Shown in pieces: positions 51,638-62,337 of a stretch of 64,000 nucleotides of DNA. Numbering within the stretch: position 1 is the stretch's first letter; each line of letters begins with the position of its first letter. This stretch comes from a virus. The stretch spans positions 7,150 to 71,149 of IMG/VR virus record IMGVR_UViG_3300047554_000338, one strand, 5' to 3'. Below the pieces are notes generated by a model. That model did not search any database, was not told the DNA's origin, and saw only the letters and a program-made list of their open reading frames with translations. Position numbers and translations under genes: made by a program.

Positions 51638-54235
51638 TCACACTGTGTAGTTCTGGCCAGCGTTGCTGCCGTACCAGTTTGTGCCGTCAGCCGTGAACAC
51701 ATACTTGTCCAGCTTTGACGCAGTTGAAGTGATCGTTGGTGCTGTGCCGCCTGGCCACTTCACCGCGGCAGGCCATGTCACCGTGCGCGAGCCCGTACCG
51801 TCTTGCTTGAGCAGCAGCGTGAATGACTTGCCTGCCGTGGCAGTTGGGAACGTGAAGGTGCAGTTGCCTGTCAGCGTCAAGATCTGCACAGTGCCGCCGC
51901 TGATCGCGATCGTGTACGCGGTCGAGGTGTTGGCTGTGACGACGTTCTCTTTGTAGTCGTTGGCCAATGTGATCGTGCCGGCGTTGGTGATGCGCAAGCG
52001 CTCAGTCGGTGCAGAAGCGCCGTCAGCAGTTGTGAAGAACACCAGAGCACCAGGCACGTCGTTTGTGCCAGGCGTGCCGTCTGAGTAGCCAATGATGGCT
52101 GCGGACTGCAAGTAGCTTGTGCCGTCAAACGAGCGCCAGATGATGTTGCCTAAGTTGTCGCCGCTCTGGACGATCGCGCCAGCGCGGTCCTTGTCGAACA
52201 CCATGTAAGACGCGTTGGGGTCGTTGGTCTTGTTGCGGTTGACCACCTGTGGGTAGTAACCGTCGTTTGAGACCAACGCGATGCCGGCAGACGTCACGTT
52301 GTCAGGTGTCGTTGTTCCGATACCGACAGCACCAGTGGAAGACACCACAAACGGCGTCGCGTCAGCAGCCACGTCCTCGATGTACAGCGCGTTGCCAGAG
52401 CCTGCTTGAGTGATGCTCAAAGCTGCGCTTGCTGTGTTGGCGCTGATGATCTGGTTGGCCGTGAATGTGTTGGTCGCGGCCAGCTGTGCGTAACCAGAGG
52501 CGGGCAAGTAAGCCGCGATCCAAGCAGCGCCGTCATAGACCTTCATCACGTTGCTGGTGGTGTTCCAATACAGCGCACCAGTCAGCAGAGGGTTGCCGTC
52601 GTTGTCCACCGTTGGGTCAGATGCCTTGGCGCCTAGGTAGCGATCGTCAAACGAGTCGAAAGAGGCGGCAGCAGCTGACGCCGATGCAGATGCAGAAGAC
52701 GCGCTGCTCGAGGCGTTTGAGGCCGATGTAGAGGCAGCCGAGGCAGACGCCGCTGCAGCAGCTGCAGACGCAGCAGCCGTAGTCGTCGAGCCAAAGATCG
52801 TGTCGATGTAGGTCTTGGTGGCCGCGTCCTGGGCATTCGTTGGATCAGCCAGGCCGGTGATCTTGTTGGCGCCCATCGCGATGACACCAGACATCGTGCC
52901 GCCAGACGTTGAGAGCTTGGCCGCAAGCAGCGAGTCAGTCTGTGCCTGTGTGTACGCGTCGCCAATGCCAAAGCCGGCCAAAGTCGTCGGGTTTGTGCCG
53001 CCAGTCACGCGGCCCCACTGGTCAACCGTCACCGACTTGTAGGTGTTAGCAGTCACGCCGGTGGTGGCCAGGTCGATCTCGTCAGCACCGACAACGATGC
53101 GCGAGCTCGAGGCGGTGTTCACGTTGAGTGTGTTGCCGGTCTTGCTCATGCCCGTGCCGGCCAGGATCTGACCAGCGCCAGAAAACTGGGCCCAGGTCAC
53201 AGCTGTGACGCCTAACGTGCCGCCTGGTGCGATCGTGCAGATGAAGCCGTTGCTGCCGTTGTCTGTGCCGCTCTCAATGAACGTGTAAGCAGCGACGAGC
53301 TCGTCCCAGGTGTTGGCATCAGATGCACGCGACCAGGTGCTCACAGCTGCGACATAGATGCCGTTCTCAGCTGCGCTTGACTGGTTCTTGACCAGCACGC
53401 GATCGCCTGCGATCACGGCCACGCCGTCGATCGTCTGGTTGCCTGACAGCGTGATGTTGGCCGTCGTCGCAGCGCGGCAGGATGCCTTCGCATCGATGCC
53501 CTGGGCGATGTTGTCAACGTAGGCCTTGTTGGCTGCATCCTGGTCAGCGGTAGGCGTCGCCACGCCCGTGACCTTGTTGTTTGACATGGCAATGACGCCA
53601 GTCATCGTGCCGCCCGTCAGTGCCAGGCGCAGCGCGTCCTGCGCGTCAACGTAGGCCTTGTTGGCCGCGTCGCCTGGGTTTGTTGGGTTGGGCAGGTTGG
53701 TGATCGTGCCGGAGCTGCCGGCGTCCATGTCCAGGTTGCCGTTGATCGTGACGTTGTTGAACGTCGATGTGCCAGAGCCTGCGGTGATGTTGCCAAGAAC
53801 GCCACCTGTTGCGGTAAGAGCACCAGTCACGGCCAAAGTAGAGGCCAAGGTAGTCGCACCACCCACAGCAAGCGTGCCAGTGACGCTTGCGTTGCCTTGA
53901 GCTGTCAGCGCCTTGCCTGAAGGAATCGTCACGCCGACAGTCGAGAACTGGGCGGTGTTGACGCCGAGGATTGACATCCAGACTGAGCCGGCGCCAGACC
54001 TGTACAGGCCAGAGTTGGTCTCGTTCAGGTATGCCAGGCCAGGGCCTGTGACGTTGCCGTCAGCGATACGAAAGGGAGCCAGCATGCCGCCGGCGCCAGT
54101 GCGCGACAGCGAGTTCGTGACCTCGTTGGCCAAGTCCTCCAGCGTGTCGTTCGCCCAGGCGGCGTCGATGACTGTGCCCGGTACGACCGGGTTTCCTGCG
54201 GGTAGCGTGTAGACGCCGGATGCGTTGCGTGGCAT
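51638..54235 (-). CDS. Tail fibre protein
   Basis: Paralog of 17028..19631; divergent C-terminal ~100 aa. Confidence 0.85.
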   Translation of the reverse strand: MPRNASGVYTLPAGNPVVPGTVIDAAWANDTLEDLANEVTNSLSRTGAGGMLAPFRIADGNVTGPGLAYLNETNSGLYRSGAGSVWMSILGVNTAQFSTVGVTIPSGKALTAQGNASVTGTLAVGGATTLASTLAVTGALTATGGVLGNITAGSGTSTFNNVTINGNLDMDAGSSGTITNLPNPTNPGDAANKAYVDAQDALRLALTGGTMTGVIAMSNNKVTGVATPTADQDAANKAYVDNIAQGIDAKASCRAATTANITLSGNQTIDGVAVIAGDRVLVKNQSSAAENGIYVAAVSTWSRASDANTWDELVAAYTFIESGTDNGSNGFICTIAPGGTLGVTAVTWAQFSGAGQILAGTGMSKTGNTLNVNTASSSRIVVGADEIDLATTGVTANTYKSVTVDQWGRVTGGTNPTTLAGFGIGDAYTQAQTDSLLAAKLSTSGGTMSGVIAMGANKITGLADPTNAQDAATKTYIDTIFGSTTTAAASAAAAAASASAASTSASNASSSASSASASASAAAASFDSFDDRYLGAKASDPTVDNDGNPLLTGALYWNTTSNVMKVYDGAAWIAAYLPASGYAQLAATNTFTANQIISANTASAALSITQAGSGNALYIEDVAADATPFVVSSTGAVGIGTTTPDNVTSAGIALVSNDGYYPQVVNRNKTNDPNASYMVFDKDRAGAIVQSGDNLGNIIWRSFDGTSYLQSAAIIGYSDGTPGTNDVPGALVFFTTADGASAPTERLRITNAGTITLANDYKENVVTANTSTAYTIAISGGTVQILTLTGNCTFTFPTATAGKSFTLLLKQDGTGSRTVTWPAAVKWPGGTAPTITSTASKLDKYVFTADGTNWYGSNAGQNYTV

Positions 54236-54244
54236 GTGTTACTC

Positions 54245-56014
54245 CTAGTTGCCCATCGCGGCGCCATAGTTGCGCAGCGCCGGAATTAAATACTCTTGGC
54301 CATATTTTCGTACAGCGCCTTGGACAGGATATTTGCCCATCAGCATGTTCTGGCCTGCCTGCGTGCCAAGCAACAAAGACGCGCCTGCGTCCATGCCGAC
54401 CATAGGCAAACCAAAGCCACCGACAAGCATCATTTTCTCGGCAGTGCCTGGACCAACTTCGGGCAACGTGTTGCCATAAACCTGTTGGGCAGTCAGTGCT
54501 TGTTGCTGGCCTGGTGCTTCACCGCGTGAGAACGCAGACTTGTCTGGCGTCTTGTCGCGGGCGCGGATGGCGTTGAGCTGCTGGGCAGGCGTCACCACAC
54601 CGCCCTCTTTCTGAGCTCCTAACATGGAAGCCGCACGGCTGACGGTCTTGAACTTGGCGTAAGCCTTGTTGATCTCCGCCGCTTCAGACGCCACCTCGGG
54701 AGGCAAACCTCTTGAGCGCAACGACTCGATCGTTGAACGCAACGCTGTCAAAGCCTCGGCCTTTTCTGCGTCGCCAGCTTTCCAAGCCGCTGTGATCGAA
54801 TCATTCACACCGTCAAGAGCTTTTTTCACGTTGCCGTGTGTCGTGACTTCTCGGCCAGGCTCAACCGTCGTGACGATCGGCGTCTTGATCCGAGAGCTGA
54901 CAACACCCTTACCAACGCTTTCACCGCCTGCGCGTGTAGTCGTTGGGCTAGTCAACCCAGCCAACGTGTCTGTGGCTTTGCGTACCGCGCCGGCAACATC
55001 GTCAGACGCGCCAGGCAAATAGGCCTTGGTGTTGCGCAGGAGCTCAACGACTTGCTTGTTGAATTGATCGTCAACAGGCACGCCTCGGCTGCCGTATAAC
55101 GCGCCGTAGGCCTCGTCAAAGCGCTCCGACAGCTCTTGCAAACCTTTGGAGCCAACGTCTTTGACAGGAGGACGCTCCCAGCGCAAAACGCTGCCAGCAT
55201 CGTCAAGCACGGGCTGGGGTGGCGTTGCCTCACGCAGCAGTAGCTTGTTCCAGGACTCGACACCGGCACGCTCTTGGCCTTTGATGATGTCGCCGGCCAC
55301 TGGCAATGCTTTGGCACGCTCGGCAACGTTACGCAAAACGCGGCCTGTGCGCGTTGCATCGTCTGTGGCCTTCCACATTGGCACATTGGCGCCTTGATCC
55401 ATGAGCTCGCGTGCGGCAGGCGATACCTTGTCAGAGACAACCCCGCCCAATGTCTTGGTCAGGAAGCGACCGGCCACGTCACCCACAGCGCCGCCAGCTG
55501 CACCGCCGTAAAAGGCGCTGGTGCGGTCTTCTGGTGCAAGGGCTGCCGATGCCAAGCCAGAACCAGCCGCAGCTGCTCCTGTGCCTGTACGCGTGGCGGC
55601 CAGTGCTTTGCCAAGATAGGGCACAGCCTTGGCGGCCATGCTTGCGGCTTGCACGCCCTGCACAGCTCGAGTTGAGGGCGCGGCAAGCATGCCGATCTCG
55701 CCGGCGATGTTGCCCACTGTTGCAGCTGTGTCGCCCTGCTTTACGAACGCTTTGCCCTGCTCTAAGAGCGCCTTGTCTTCGGGCGTCAGATCCGTAAACA
55801 AGCCCTTGAGGCCCATCGCTGCGCCGTCAAAAGCGGCCTTTGCACCGCCCAGGCCGCGCATGAACGTGCCCATTTGGCCAACATCCTGGCCAGCGTATGC
55901 GTTGGCCTGGCTGCGTTCCTTTTGCTTTCGCACTTCGCCAAGATCTTGAGACGCGAGCTTGCGCTCAAGCTCCTCAAGGCGACGTAGTTCTTCAAGTTCT
56001 TGGCGTTCGCTCAT
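54245..56014 (-). CDS. Internal virion/DNA ejection protein (large)
   Basis: Syntenic with 19644..21506 but barely alignable by eye. Confidence 0.6.
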   Translation of the reverse strand: MSERQELEELRRLEELERKLASQDLGEVRKQKERSQANAYAGQDVGQMGTFMRGLGGAKAAFDGAAMGLKGLFTDLTPEDKALLEQGKAFVKQGDTAATVGNIAGEIGMLAAPSTRAVQGVQAASMAAKAVPYLGKALAATRTGTGAAAAGSGLASAALAPEDRTSAFYGGAAGGAVGDVAGRFLTKTLGGVVSDKVSPAARELMDQGANVPMWKATDDATRTGRVLRNVAERAKALPVAGDIIKGQERAGVESWNKLLLREATPPQPVLDDAGSVLRWERPPVKDVGSKGLQELSERFDEAYGALYGSRGVPVDDQFNKQVVELLRNTKAYLPGASDDVAGAVRKATDTLAGLTSPTTTRAGGESVGKGVVSSRIKTPIVTTVEPGREVTTHGNVKKALDGVNDSITAAWKAGDAEKAEALTALRSTIESLRSRGLPPEVASEAAEINKAYAKFKTVSRAASMLGAQKEGGVVTPAQQLNAIRARDKTPDKSAFSRGEAPGQQQALTAQQVYGNTLPEVGPGTAEKMMLVGGFGLPMVGMDAGASLLLGTQAGQNMLMGKYPVQGAVRKYGQEYLIPALRNYGAAMGN

Positions 56015-57264
56015 GGTGTGGTCTTTCTATGCTTTGCACGCAAACGCGCCAGCTCGGCCTGCTCATCCGCAGACAACCCACCGCTACCGCCTGGGGGCTG
56101 TGAGCCGCCAGAGCGATTACGCGCTGCATCGTTGATCGCGCCGCCAAACGCCTGCGCGTTACTGCGTGCGTAGTCGCGAGCCGCTTTGAGCTTTTCCATG
56201 ACGATCTGCGGAGGATCTTCTGCAGCGGGAATGAACGTCGCAGCGCGTGCCGCCTCGCCTACTGACTGAGCAGCGCCGTAGATGTCGCTGATCTCCATCG
56301 CGGCCTGGCGCAGTACGTCAGCACGCAGCTTTAGCGTGTCTTCGTTAAGCAGCTGGGCGCCGACGCGGCCTTGAATGGCTGAAGGCAACCGCGATACCGC
56401 GGCAGCTGTGATGCCAAACGCGTCAGGGTTTGACTCGATCTTCTTGACCAGCGCATCAGACGAGTCTGCTTTGGTTTGGAAGGTCTGAGCAGCGCCGACG
56501 TTCTTTTCGAACGTGGCCTTTGGAATCGCCGCGCCGCCGTAAGGCGTGTAGATGGGCTGACCTTGTGGGCCAACATCCAGCACAAAGTTCATGCCGGTCT
56601 TGTTGGTGACTAGCGTCTTGCCGTCTGGAGTGAAACCAGACTGACTGAATGTGCCGCCAGAGTTCTGAGCGGCCATGTCACGGCGCAAGCCCAACATTTC
56701 CATCTTGTACATCTGCTCAAACTCACGCGCTTTGCGTTCGCTTGCGATGCGCTCGCGAGCAGTCTCAGCAGTCGCGGCCATCGTCTCGTAGGCCTTGGCC
56801 TGCTGCAGCAAGAACTCGGCTTTCTTGTTCTGAGCGACCTCTGGGTCTTTCAGATACTCGCCTTCAGCGGTAATGACGCCGCTGCCCATCTTCATTGGGT
56901 CGCGTGACGAGGCAGCCTTCTTGAGGTACTGCTCTTGCACGGGGGCAAAGCTATCCCCTGCAAACTGAGCTGCCAACGCGTTGAGCATAGCCGCGTCGCC
57001 CTGCTGGGCACGTTGCTTGGCAAACTTTTGAAACTGCGAAAAGTCAGGCTCTTGGTTGTAGAGGTCGCTGCCTTGCTCATACAGCTGCGCAGCTTTTGAT
57101 CGATACGCGTCGATCGCGTTGGGGAGCATGCCGCCTTGATTAGGCCGCACTGTATTTGACAGAACGCCGCCAGGCGACTGAATCATCGCCCTCGACTTTT
57201 TTAAGAGGCCAACTTGCGGTTGCTCCTCCTCGTTGTTGAACAAGGTGTAATCGACCATGATCAA
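56011..57264 (-). CDS. Internal virion/DNA ejection protein
   Basis: N-terminal ~165 aa match 21509..22708; remainder differs. Confidence 0.55.
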   Translation of the reverse strand: MIMVDYTLFNNEEEQPQVGLLKKSRAMIQSPGGVLSNTVRPNQGGMLPNAIDAYRSKAAQLYEQGSDLYNQEPDFSQFQKFAKQRAQQGDAAMLNALAAQFAGDSFAPVQEQYLKKAASSRDPMKMGSGVITAEGEYLKDPEVAQNKKAEFLLQQAKAYETMAATAETARERIASERKAREFEQMYKMEMLGLRRDMAAQNSGGTFSQSGFTPDGKTLVTNKTGMNFVLDVGPQGQPIYTPYGGAAIPKATFEKNVGAAQTFQTKADSSDALVKKIESNPDAFGITAAAVSRLPSAIQGRVGAQLLNEDTLKLRADVLRQAAMEISDIYGAAQSVGEAARAATFIPAAEDPPQIVMEKLKAARDYARSNAQAFGGAINDAARNRSGGSQPPGGSGGLSADEQAELARLRAKHRKTTP

Positions 57265-57632
57265 TATCCAGAACCTGGCATGTCGAAGCCGTAGTCTTCG
57301 GTGTTCATAGCGTTATTCATGGGCGCAGCGGGCGTCATGCGACGCTTGCGCAGCTGCTCAAGAGCCATGCGTTGGCGATCGTTCATGCCACGCATTTGCT
57401 GATCAACGCCGCCCTGCGCCTTTGAGGCCAGGTAGCCCTGACCCAGCTGCGAGATGGCTTGGCCGATGCCTGGCGCAACGTAGTGCTTGCCGACCATCTC
57501 GCCCTGCATTTGAGACATGGAGTTCTTGCGCAAGGCATCCACCATCGCCTGCTTTTTCTTGAGCTCCGCTTCCTCGGGGCGCATTTGGCCCATCTGGACC
57601 AGGTACTCAAACATCAAATCGTCATTCATCAC
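57261..57632 (-). CDS. Small virion/ejection-associated protein
   Basis: Paralog of 22711..23088. Confidence 0.55.
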   Translation of the reverse strand: MMNDDLMFEYLVQMGQMRPEEAELKKKQAMVDALRKNSMSQMQGEMVGKHYVAPGIGQAISQLGQGYLASKAQGGVDQQMRGMNDRQRMALEQLRKRRMTPAAPMNNAMNTEDYGFDMPGSGY

Positions 57633-59008
57633 AGACCTCCGTAATTCACCATCAAGTAACCACTGGCGTGACGCTTGACGAGGTCAGGTCGCACCGCTTC
57701 AACTTCTTGGGCAATCACACCGCGTTGCGGCATTCCCATCATTGTGTAGTCATAAATTCCCACGCCAATTGCGTGAGTGCCGACGCGCTTAATGTTTGAC
57801 TTCAAGCGACGATCGGAGAACATAAACGCGGCAGATCCAAGCTGTGCGCCGGCGCCCAAGAGGTTGCCGAATGCAGCGTTCTGCGCGTTGGCCGCGCCCA
57901 GCTGCGCGTCGTAACCCATCTGTGTCGCGCCCAGGATGTTGGGCGTCTCAGCGCGTTGCGCAGCCGCGAACGATGGCATCTGAGGCATGCTGACTTGCTG
58001 GCCAGACAACAACGCGTTCATCTCGTTCAGAGACATGCCGCGGCGCTGTGCCTGCTCTGCGATCGCCTGCTGGCGGATCTGGTTCATCTGGTTCGCATAC
58101 TGCTGGTTCAAGCCGTACTGCTGAGAGATCGCGCTGTTCTGCGCTCCCATGTTTGCAAGATCCAACGCAGAAGCCTGGCCAAGAGCCTGGTTCTGAAACT
58201 GAGCTGCGCCCAAGTTCTGGTTGAAGTTCTGCTGCTGCGCTGCGTTGCCAAACTGACCGCCTTGCAAGTCTTGATTGAACGCTTGCTGCGCTGTGCCCAT
58301 CTGCATGTTGTACAGACGCTGGGCCTCGCTGCCGGCGCTGTCGAGCGCGTTGAATCGCTCGGCTGCCTGACGCGAGTTCAATTCATTCAAAGCGCGGTTG
58401 TATGCCTCAGAGCCTTGCGTGAAGCCCTGGTTGGCCAACTTTGTCTCGAGCTGCTTTTGCTGGTAGTCATAGACCGGCTGCATCTTCTGCATGAGCTGGT
58501 TTGCGACTGTGTCGCGGTAGCTCGAGTCGAACTGAGGCAGCGCTGGATTGTCAGCAGTGTTCAAAGACGTCTGAGGGCCGCCAAAGTTGAAGCCCGTGCT
58601 CAAGCCTGCGGAGTAGTCCTTCACGCCCGTGTACAAATTGCCAGGCGCGTTGGCCGAGGTCAGCTGTGGCAGGTTCTGGTAGTCAAACGGCTTTGAGTAT
58701 TCACTGGCCACGCGGCCCATGAAACTGTTGGCCAGATCACTGCGGCCACCTTGGATCGCGATTTGATCGTTCAGCGCATCTTGGAGACCAGGCGCAAGCG
58801 TGTTGTTCTGAGTCCACTCCGTGACCGCCTGGCCAGTGGCCGGATCAGTGACTGACCGCGTGCCCCAAGTTTGCGAACCAAACGGCGTGTTGATAACAGG
58901 CCGGTTGGCATAGTTTTGAATGTTGGTTAATTCTTTCGACGCTGCCGCCTGAGTATTGGCTGCGCCAATGTAATCAGGTGCTGCTGGTGCTGACGACTTT
59001 CCGCCCAT
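57629..59008 (-). CDS. Gln-rich ejection/pilot-like protein with peptidase S74 domain
   Basis: MGGKSSAPAAPDY; FSDRRLKSNI...GVIAQEV. Confidence 0.75.
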   Translation of the reverse strand: MGGKSSAPAAPDYIGAANTQAAASKELTNIQNYANRPVINTPFGSQTWGTRSVTDPATGQAVTEWTQNNTLAPGLQDALNDQIAIQGGRSDLANSFMGRVASEYSKPFDYQNLPQLTSANAPGNLYTGVKDYSAGLSTGFNFGGPQTSLNTADNPALPQFDSSYRDTVANQLMQKMQPVYDYQQKQLETKLANQGFTQGSEAYNRALNELNSRQAAERFNALDSAGSEAQRLYNMQMGTAQQAFNQDLQGGQFGNAAQQQNFNQNLGAAQFQNQALGQASALDLANMGAQNSAISQQYGLNQQYANQMNQIRQQAIAEQAQRRGMSLNEMNALLSGQQVSMPQMPSFAAAQRAETPNILGATQMGYDAQLGAANAQNAAFGNLLGAGAQLGSAAFMFSDRRLKSNIKRVGTHAIGVGIYDYTMMGMPQRGVIAQEVEAVRPDLVKRHASGYLMVNYGGL

Positions 59009-59414
59009 GTTCCTTCTCCTTGATCCAGCGGCACTCGTCGTGCCTCATTTCAAACATCACACAATCAACGGTCTCAGCGATCTGCCGAAACCCCAGCTTG
59101 CGGTTCATCCTTAACGCATCATCCAAGTGCTTTGGTGTGAGGCCGTAGACCGCTTCCTTGCCGCATGTAATCAGCGGATATTCGAAAGCCGCACGCCAAA
59201 GCTCACGGGTCAAACTGTGCGGGGTGTCAAATGCAACGTGCATCCAGCACCCCTTTTCTGTCCACGCGTTGTATGCGACAGCAGCCCCAATTGTGCCGTC
59301 ATCGCGCATCGCTGCTATCGCTCGCAGGTCACTACTCCAAGGCAGGTGAGTCCTCCGGTTCATCCATTCCCAGATGACCGGATACTCGCCTGGCTTGTCA
59401 GTAGTGAGCCGCAT
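58974..59414 (-). CDS. GNAT-fold acetyltransferase-like protein
   Basis: Paralog of 24367..24795. Confidence 0.7.
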   Translation of the reverse strand: MRLTTDKPGEYPVIWEWMNRRTHLPWSSDLRAIAAMRDDGTIGAAVAYNAWTEKGCWMHVAFDTPHSLTRELWRAAFEYPLITCGKEAVYGLTPKHLDDALRMNRKLGFRQIAETVDCVMFEMRHDECRWIKEKEHGRKVVSTSST

Positions 59415-59417
59415 GCG

Positions 59418-60740
59418 TCAAAACTCCAAACTTCCCCAGGTTTCATCAAAGACAGACTTTCCGCCGCCTGTCGTGCCAGCTCCGGGGGATTGCTGTTGGC
59501 TCAACCACTCGTTGTAGATCTCCAGCTCGCTCGGTTCCAAAAGCTCTGGATAGTCAAAAGTCTGGGACCTGCTGCCCTGATCGTCCAAAGCAATAGGACC
59601 GCTGACAACCTCAATCGTGACGTTGGGAACCTTTGGTCTTGTCAAATCCGAAATTTGATCTGCGGTCAAACCTGACGTAGCACCGCTGCTGTCCAGACCA
59701 GCAAACGAACTGTCTACTGAGGCAATTGCGTCGGTTATCGCGTCGCGAATAGAGGCGCCACCGCCAGACGATGGCTCTGTGATCGGGTCATCACTAGGCG
59801 ACCCTGGGTCGCCTGGAGCGCCTGGTTCCGTAAAGGGATCACTTGGTCCGGTAGGGCCAACGTATATAGGGTCATAAACAGGATCAAATACTGGATCCAC
59901 AACGGGATCGACTGAAGGACCAACAACAGGGCCCACCGTAGGATCAACTACTGGATCCACAACAGGATCTACAGAAGGATCAACAACGGGATCAACCCAA
60001 GGGTCCACCCATGGATCAACCCATGGATCAACCACAGGATCAACCACAGGATCAACCACAGGATCAACCACAGGATCTACTGCAGGGTCCACAACGGGGT
60101 CAACAGCTGGCCCGTCTGGATCAACTACAGGATCAACCACGGGGCCGTCTGGATCTACAACGGGATCGACCACAGGGTCCACGACTGGATCTTCTGGATC
60201 AACAACGGGATCCTTTGGCGGTTCTGGATCGACAACAGGATCCTCTGGATCAACAACGGGATCTTCAGGATCTACCACCGGATCTTCAGGATCTACCACC
60301 GGATCTTCTGGATCAACGACAGGATCTTCAGGATCGACCACAGGATCCTCTGGACCAACCCATGGATCAATCCACGGATCAACCCATGGATCTACCCATG
60401 GATCTACTGGGCCCGCAGGTTCACCGCCAGGCAGAACTACTTCTGGCGCGACATACTTTGAAGGAGTCAGGGCAGCTGGATCGTTTGCGCCGCGATAAGC
60501 GCGAGGGTTAAAGCTGAGAGGCGCTCCATTAGCGCCATTGGCGTACCGCGTGAAGCCAGGATTTGCAGGGCCTGAAATCTTGCGCAACGCGGAAATCAAA
60601 TCTGAACGGCGCACGTCTGGCTTGGCAAACTCAGCGTTTGAACCTTGTCGCAAAAGAGAAGCGGCCAACCTTGGCGCTGAAGCAATCAGCTGTAGCGTCT
60701 CATCTGGTAGCCCGTAGGTTTCTTGCTTCACTGCCATCAC
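59418..60740 (-). CDS. Low-complexity (DPVV)n repeat protein
   Basis: Conserved ends shared with 24799..25836; central DPVV/DPWV/DPED repeats. Confidence 0.72.
   Translation of the reverse strand: MMAVKQETYGLPDETLQLIASAPRLAASLLRQGSNAEFAKPDVRRSDLISALRKISGPANPGFTRYANGANGAPLSFNPRAYRGANDPAALTPSKYVAPEVVLPGGEPAGPVDPWVDPWVDPWIDPWVGPEDPVVDPEDPVVDPEDPVVDPEDPVVDPEDPVVDPEDPVVDPEPPKDPVVDPEDPVVDPVVDPVVDPDGPVVDPVVDPDGPAVDPVVDPAVDPVVDPVVDPVVDPVVDPWVDPWVDPWVDPVVDPSVDPVVDPVVDPTVGPVVGPSVDPVVDPVFDPVYDPIYVGPTGPSDPFTEPGAPGDPGSPSDDPITEPSSGGGASIRDAITDAIASVDSSFAGLDSSGATSGLTADQISDLTRPKVPNVTIEVVSGPIALDDQGSRSQTFDYPELLEPSELEIYNEWLSQQQSPGAGTTGGGKSVFDETWGSLEF
59870..60410. repeat. Coding 12-bp/21-bp tandem repeats (GGATCAACCACA-like)
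   Basis: Four perfect GGATCAACCACA units at 60025..60072 within a long degenerate array. Confidence 0.9.
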
Positions 60741-62335
60741 ATCACTCCACCTAATTCAGTCATCATGTGCGCCGATGTAAACACCGTCGCAGGTAGCCCG
60801 CGCACCTTCATGCGCATCGAGCCGTAGTAACCCAGGCCAGCCGTGCCGTACCAAGCCTGGTAGGTGTTCTGGCCAACCCAAGAGGCCGCGTTCCACACGC
60901 TGGCGTCCCAGATCCCGTTATCCGTCCCGTTGAAATACGGCGAGCCGCCCACGGGGCTCAAATTGAACTGGGTGTTAATTTGCAGCTTCACCGAGGGCGC
61001 AGCTGTCGCGATAAAGACAGGGCGAACCATGCCGAACTTTTTGAGCTGCGCAGGAGTGCCAAAGTTTTGGAACGACGTCTGCATGTCGCCTTCGACGTAG
61101 TTACCGCCAGCGCCAACGCTGTCAACGCCGTCGCGATCGCCGTACAGGCCTTTGCAGGTAAAGCCGTCCTCAGTGCCAAAGAACAGCTCGCCATTGATCA
61201 CGGCCACGCTGCGCATTGGCATGCCAACAAACTGACACCAGGCGCCTGTCGTGACGTTCATCGCAAACTGGCGATATGTGCCACCGTCTGCCGGCAGCTT
61301 GATCACCAGCACCTCGGACGAGGGCACGACAAAGACGTCGAAATACTTTTCGTCAATCAGCCTGCGCACCAGGGGCGCAAAGACTGACTGGATCTTGGAC
61401 GCGGGGCCGATCTGCTGATCCTGGCTGTATTGGCCTGTGATCAGTCTGGACATGGGAACCAGGCCCAGCTCAGAGACGACCATCACGTCACCGCCAAACG
61501 GCGTGAAGTAGACGCCATGCCGAGGCACGGGGCCGACGTACCAGACGCCCTTGATCTGAAAGGTGGTCGCGCTGGTGGGGTCTGTGCCCTCCCAGACGGC
61601 CACGTCACCCTCTGTGCCGATCGCGACCAGGTAGTCGTCGATCGACAAGCCGGCATCCATCGTCCAGTTAATCAGCGCGGAGACGTAACCGCCGTTGCGG
61701 AGAATCGAGCCCATTGGGAACGATGTAGCCGTGCCAGTGATCGCGTCCACGGTGTCCATGTAGTAGACGTTCTGGTCTTCCAGGCATGTGAACCACACGC
61801 GGCGCTTCCACACGGCCACCGTGCGCACGCTGGTAGGTAAGCCGGTCACAGAGCGCTGCAGCCATCCGCTGCCCGTGCTGTAAGTCCAGTAACCGGCGCC
61901 AGGCGAGACGGCCAGCAGGAACGTGTCCGCGGCAGTCGAGAACTGAGTGGTCCACCACTCGTCGTCGGTGCTCCCTGTGCCCGTTACAGCGAGCACAGGG
62001 GCGCCACCAGCGGTGACGTCGTAGATGTCTCCACCGACTGCAATAAATACTTTGTCGTCCGCGTTGTCGGGCGCCTTGTAGCTAAACACCGATTCAACAG
62101 GATCGCCAGGCAAGGTCACAGAGTCTGCGTAGACCTGATACCCCTTGCGGAGCTCGCAGCCCTGCTGACGCGGAATAAAGTTGGTCAGCACCAAAGCATC
62201 GGCAGGCGTCATGGCCGCGATCGGGTCGCGGTAGTTGAGGCCGCCTGTTGGCGCTGGAATGACACCGACCTGCGCAGTTTGTGCGGCGGCTGCCCTTCTA
62301 GGTGTCTTGAAAGGCTTGAGAGGCACCAATGGCAT
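60737..62335 (-). CDS. Tail nozzle / DNA stabilisation protein
   Basis: Paralog of 25836..27431. Confidence 0.65.
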   Translation of the reverse strand: MPLVPLKPFKTPRRAAAAQTAQVGVIPAPTGGLNYRDPIAAMTPADALVLTNFIPRQQGCELRKGYQVYADSVTLPGDPVESVFSYKAPDNADDKVFIAVGGDIYDVTAGGAPVLAVTGTGSTDDEWWTTQFSTAADTFLLAVSPGAGYWTYSTGSGWLQRSVTGLPTSVRTVAVWKRRVWFTCLEDQNVYYMDTVDAITGTATSFPMGSILRNGGYVSALINWTMDAGLSIDDYLVAIGTEGDVAVWEGTDPTSATTFQIKGVWYVGPVPRHGVYFTPFGGDVMVVSELGLVPMSRLITGQYSQDQQIGPASKIQSVFAPLVRRLIDEKYFDVFVVPSSEVLVIKLPADGGTYRQFAMNVTTGAWCQFVGMPMRSVAVINGELFFGTEDGFTCKGLYGDRDGVDSVGAGGNYVEGDMQTSFQNFGTPAQLKKFGMVRPVFIATAAPSVKLQINTQFNLSPVGGSPYFNGTDNGIWDASVWNAASWVGQNTYQAWYGTAGLGYYGSMRMKVRGLPATVFTSAHMMTELGGVM

Positions 62336-62337
62336 GG

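Noticed and set aside
59870-60410. GGATC-containing tandem repeats as a CRISPR array
   Set aside because: Units are 12/21 bp, in frame, degenerate at third codon positions and lack unique spacers; they encode DPVV repeats
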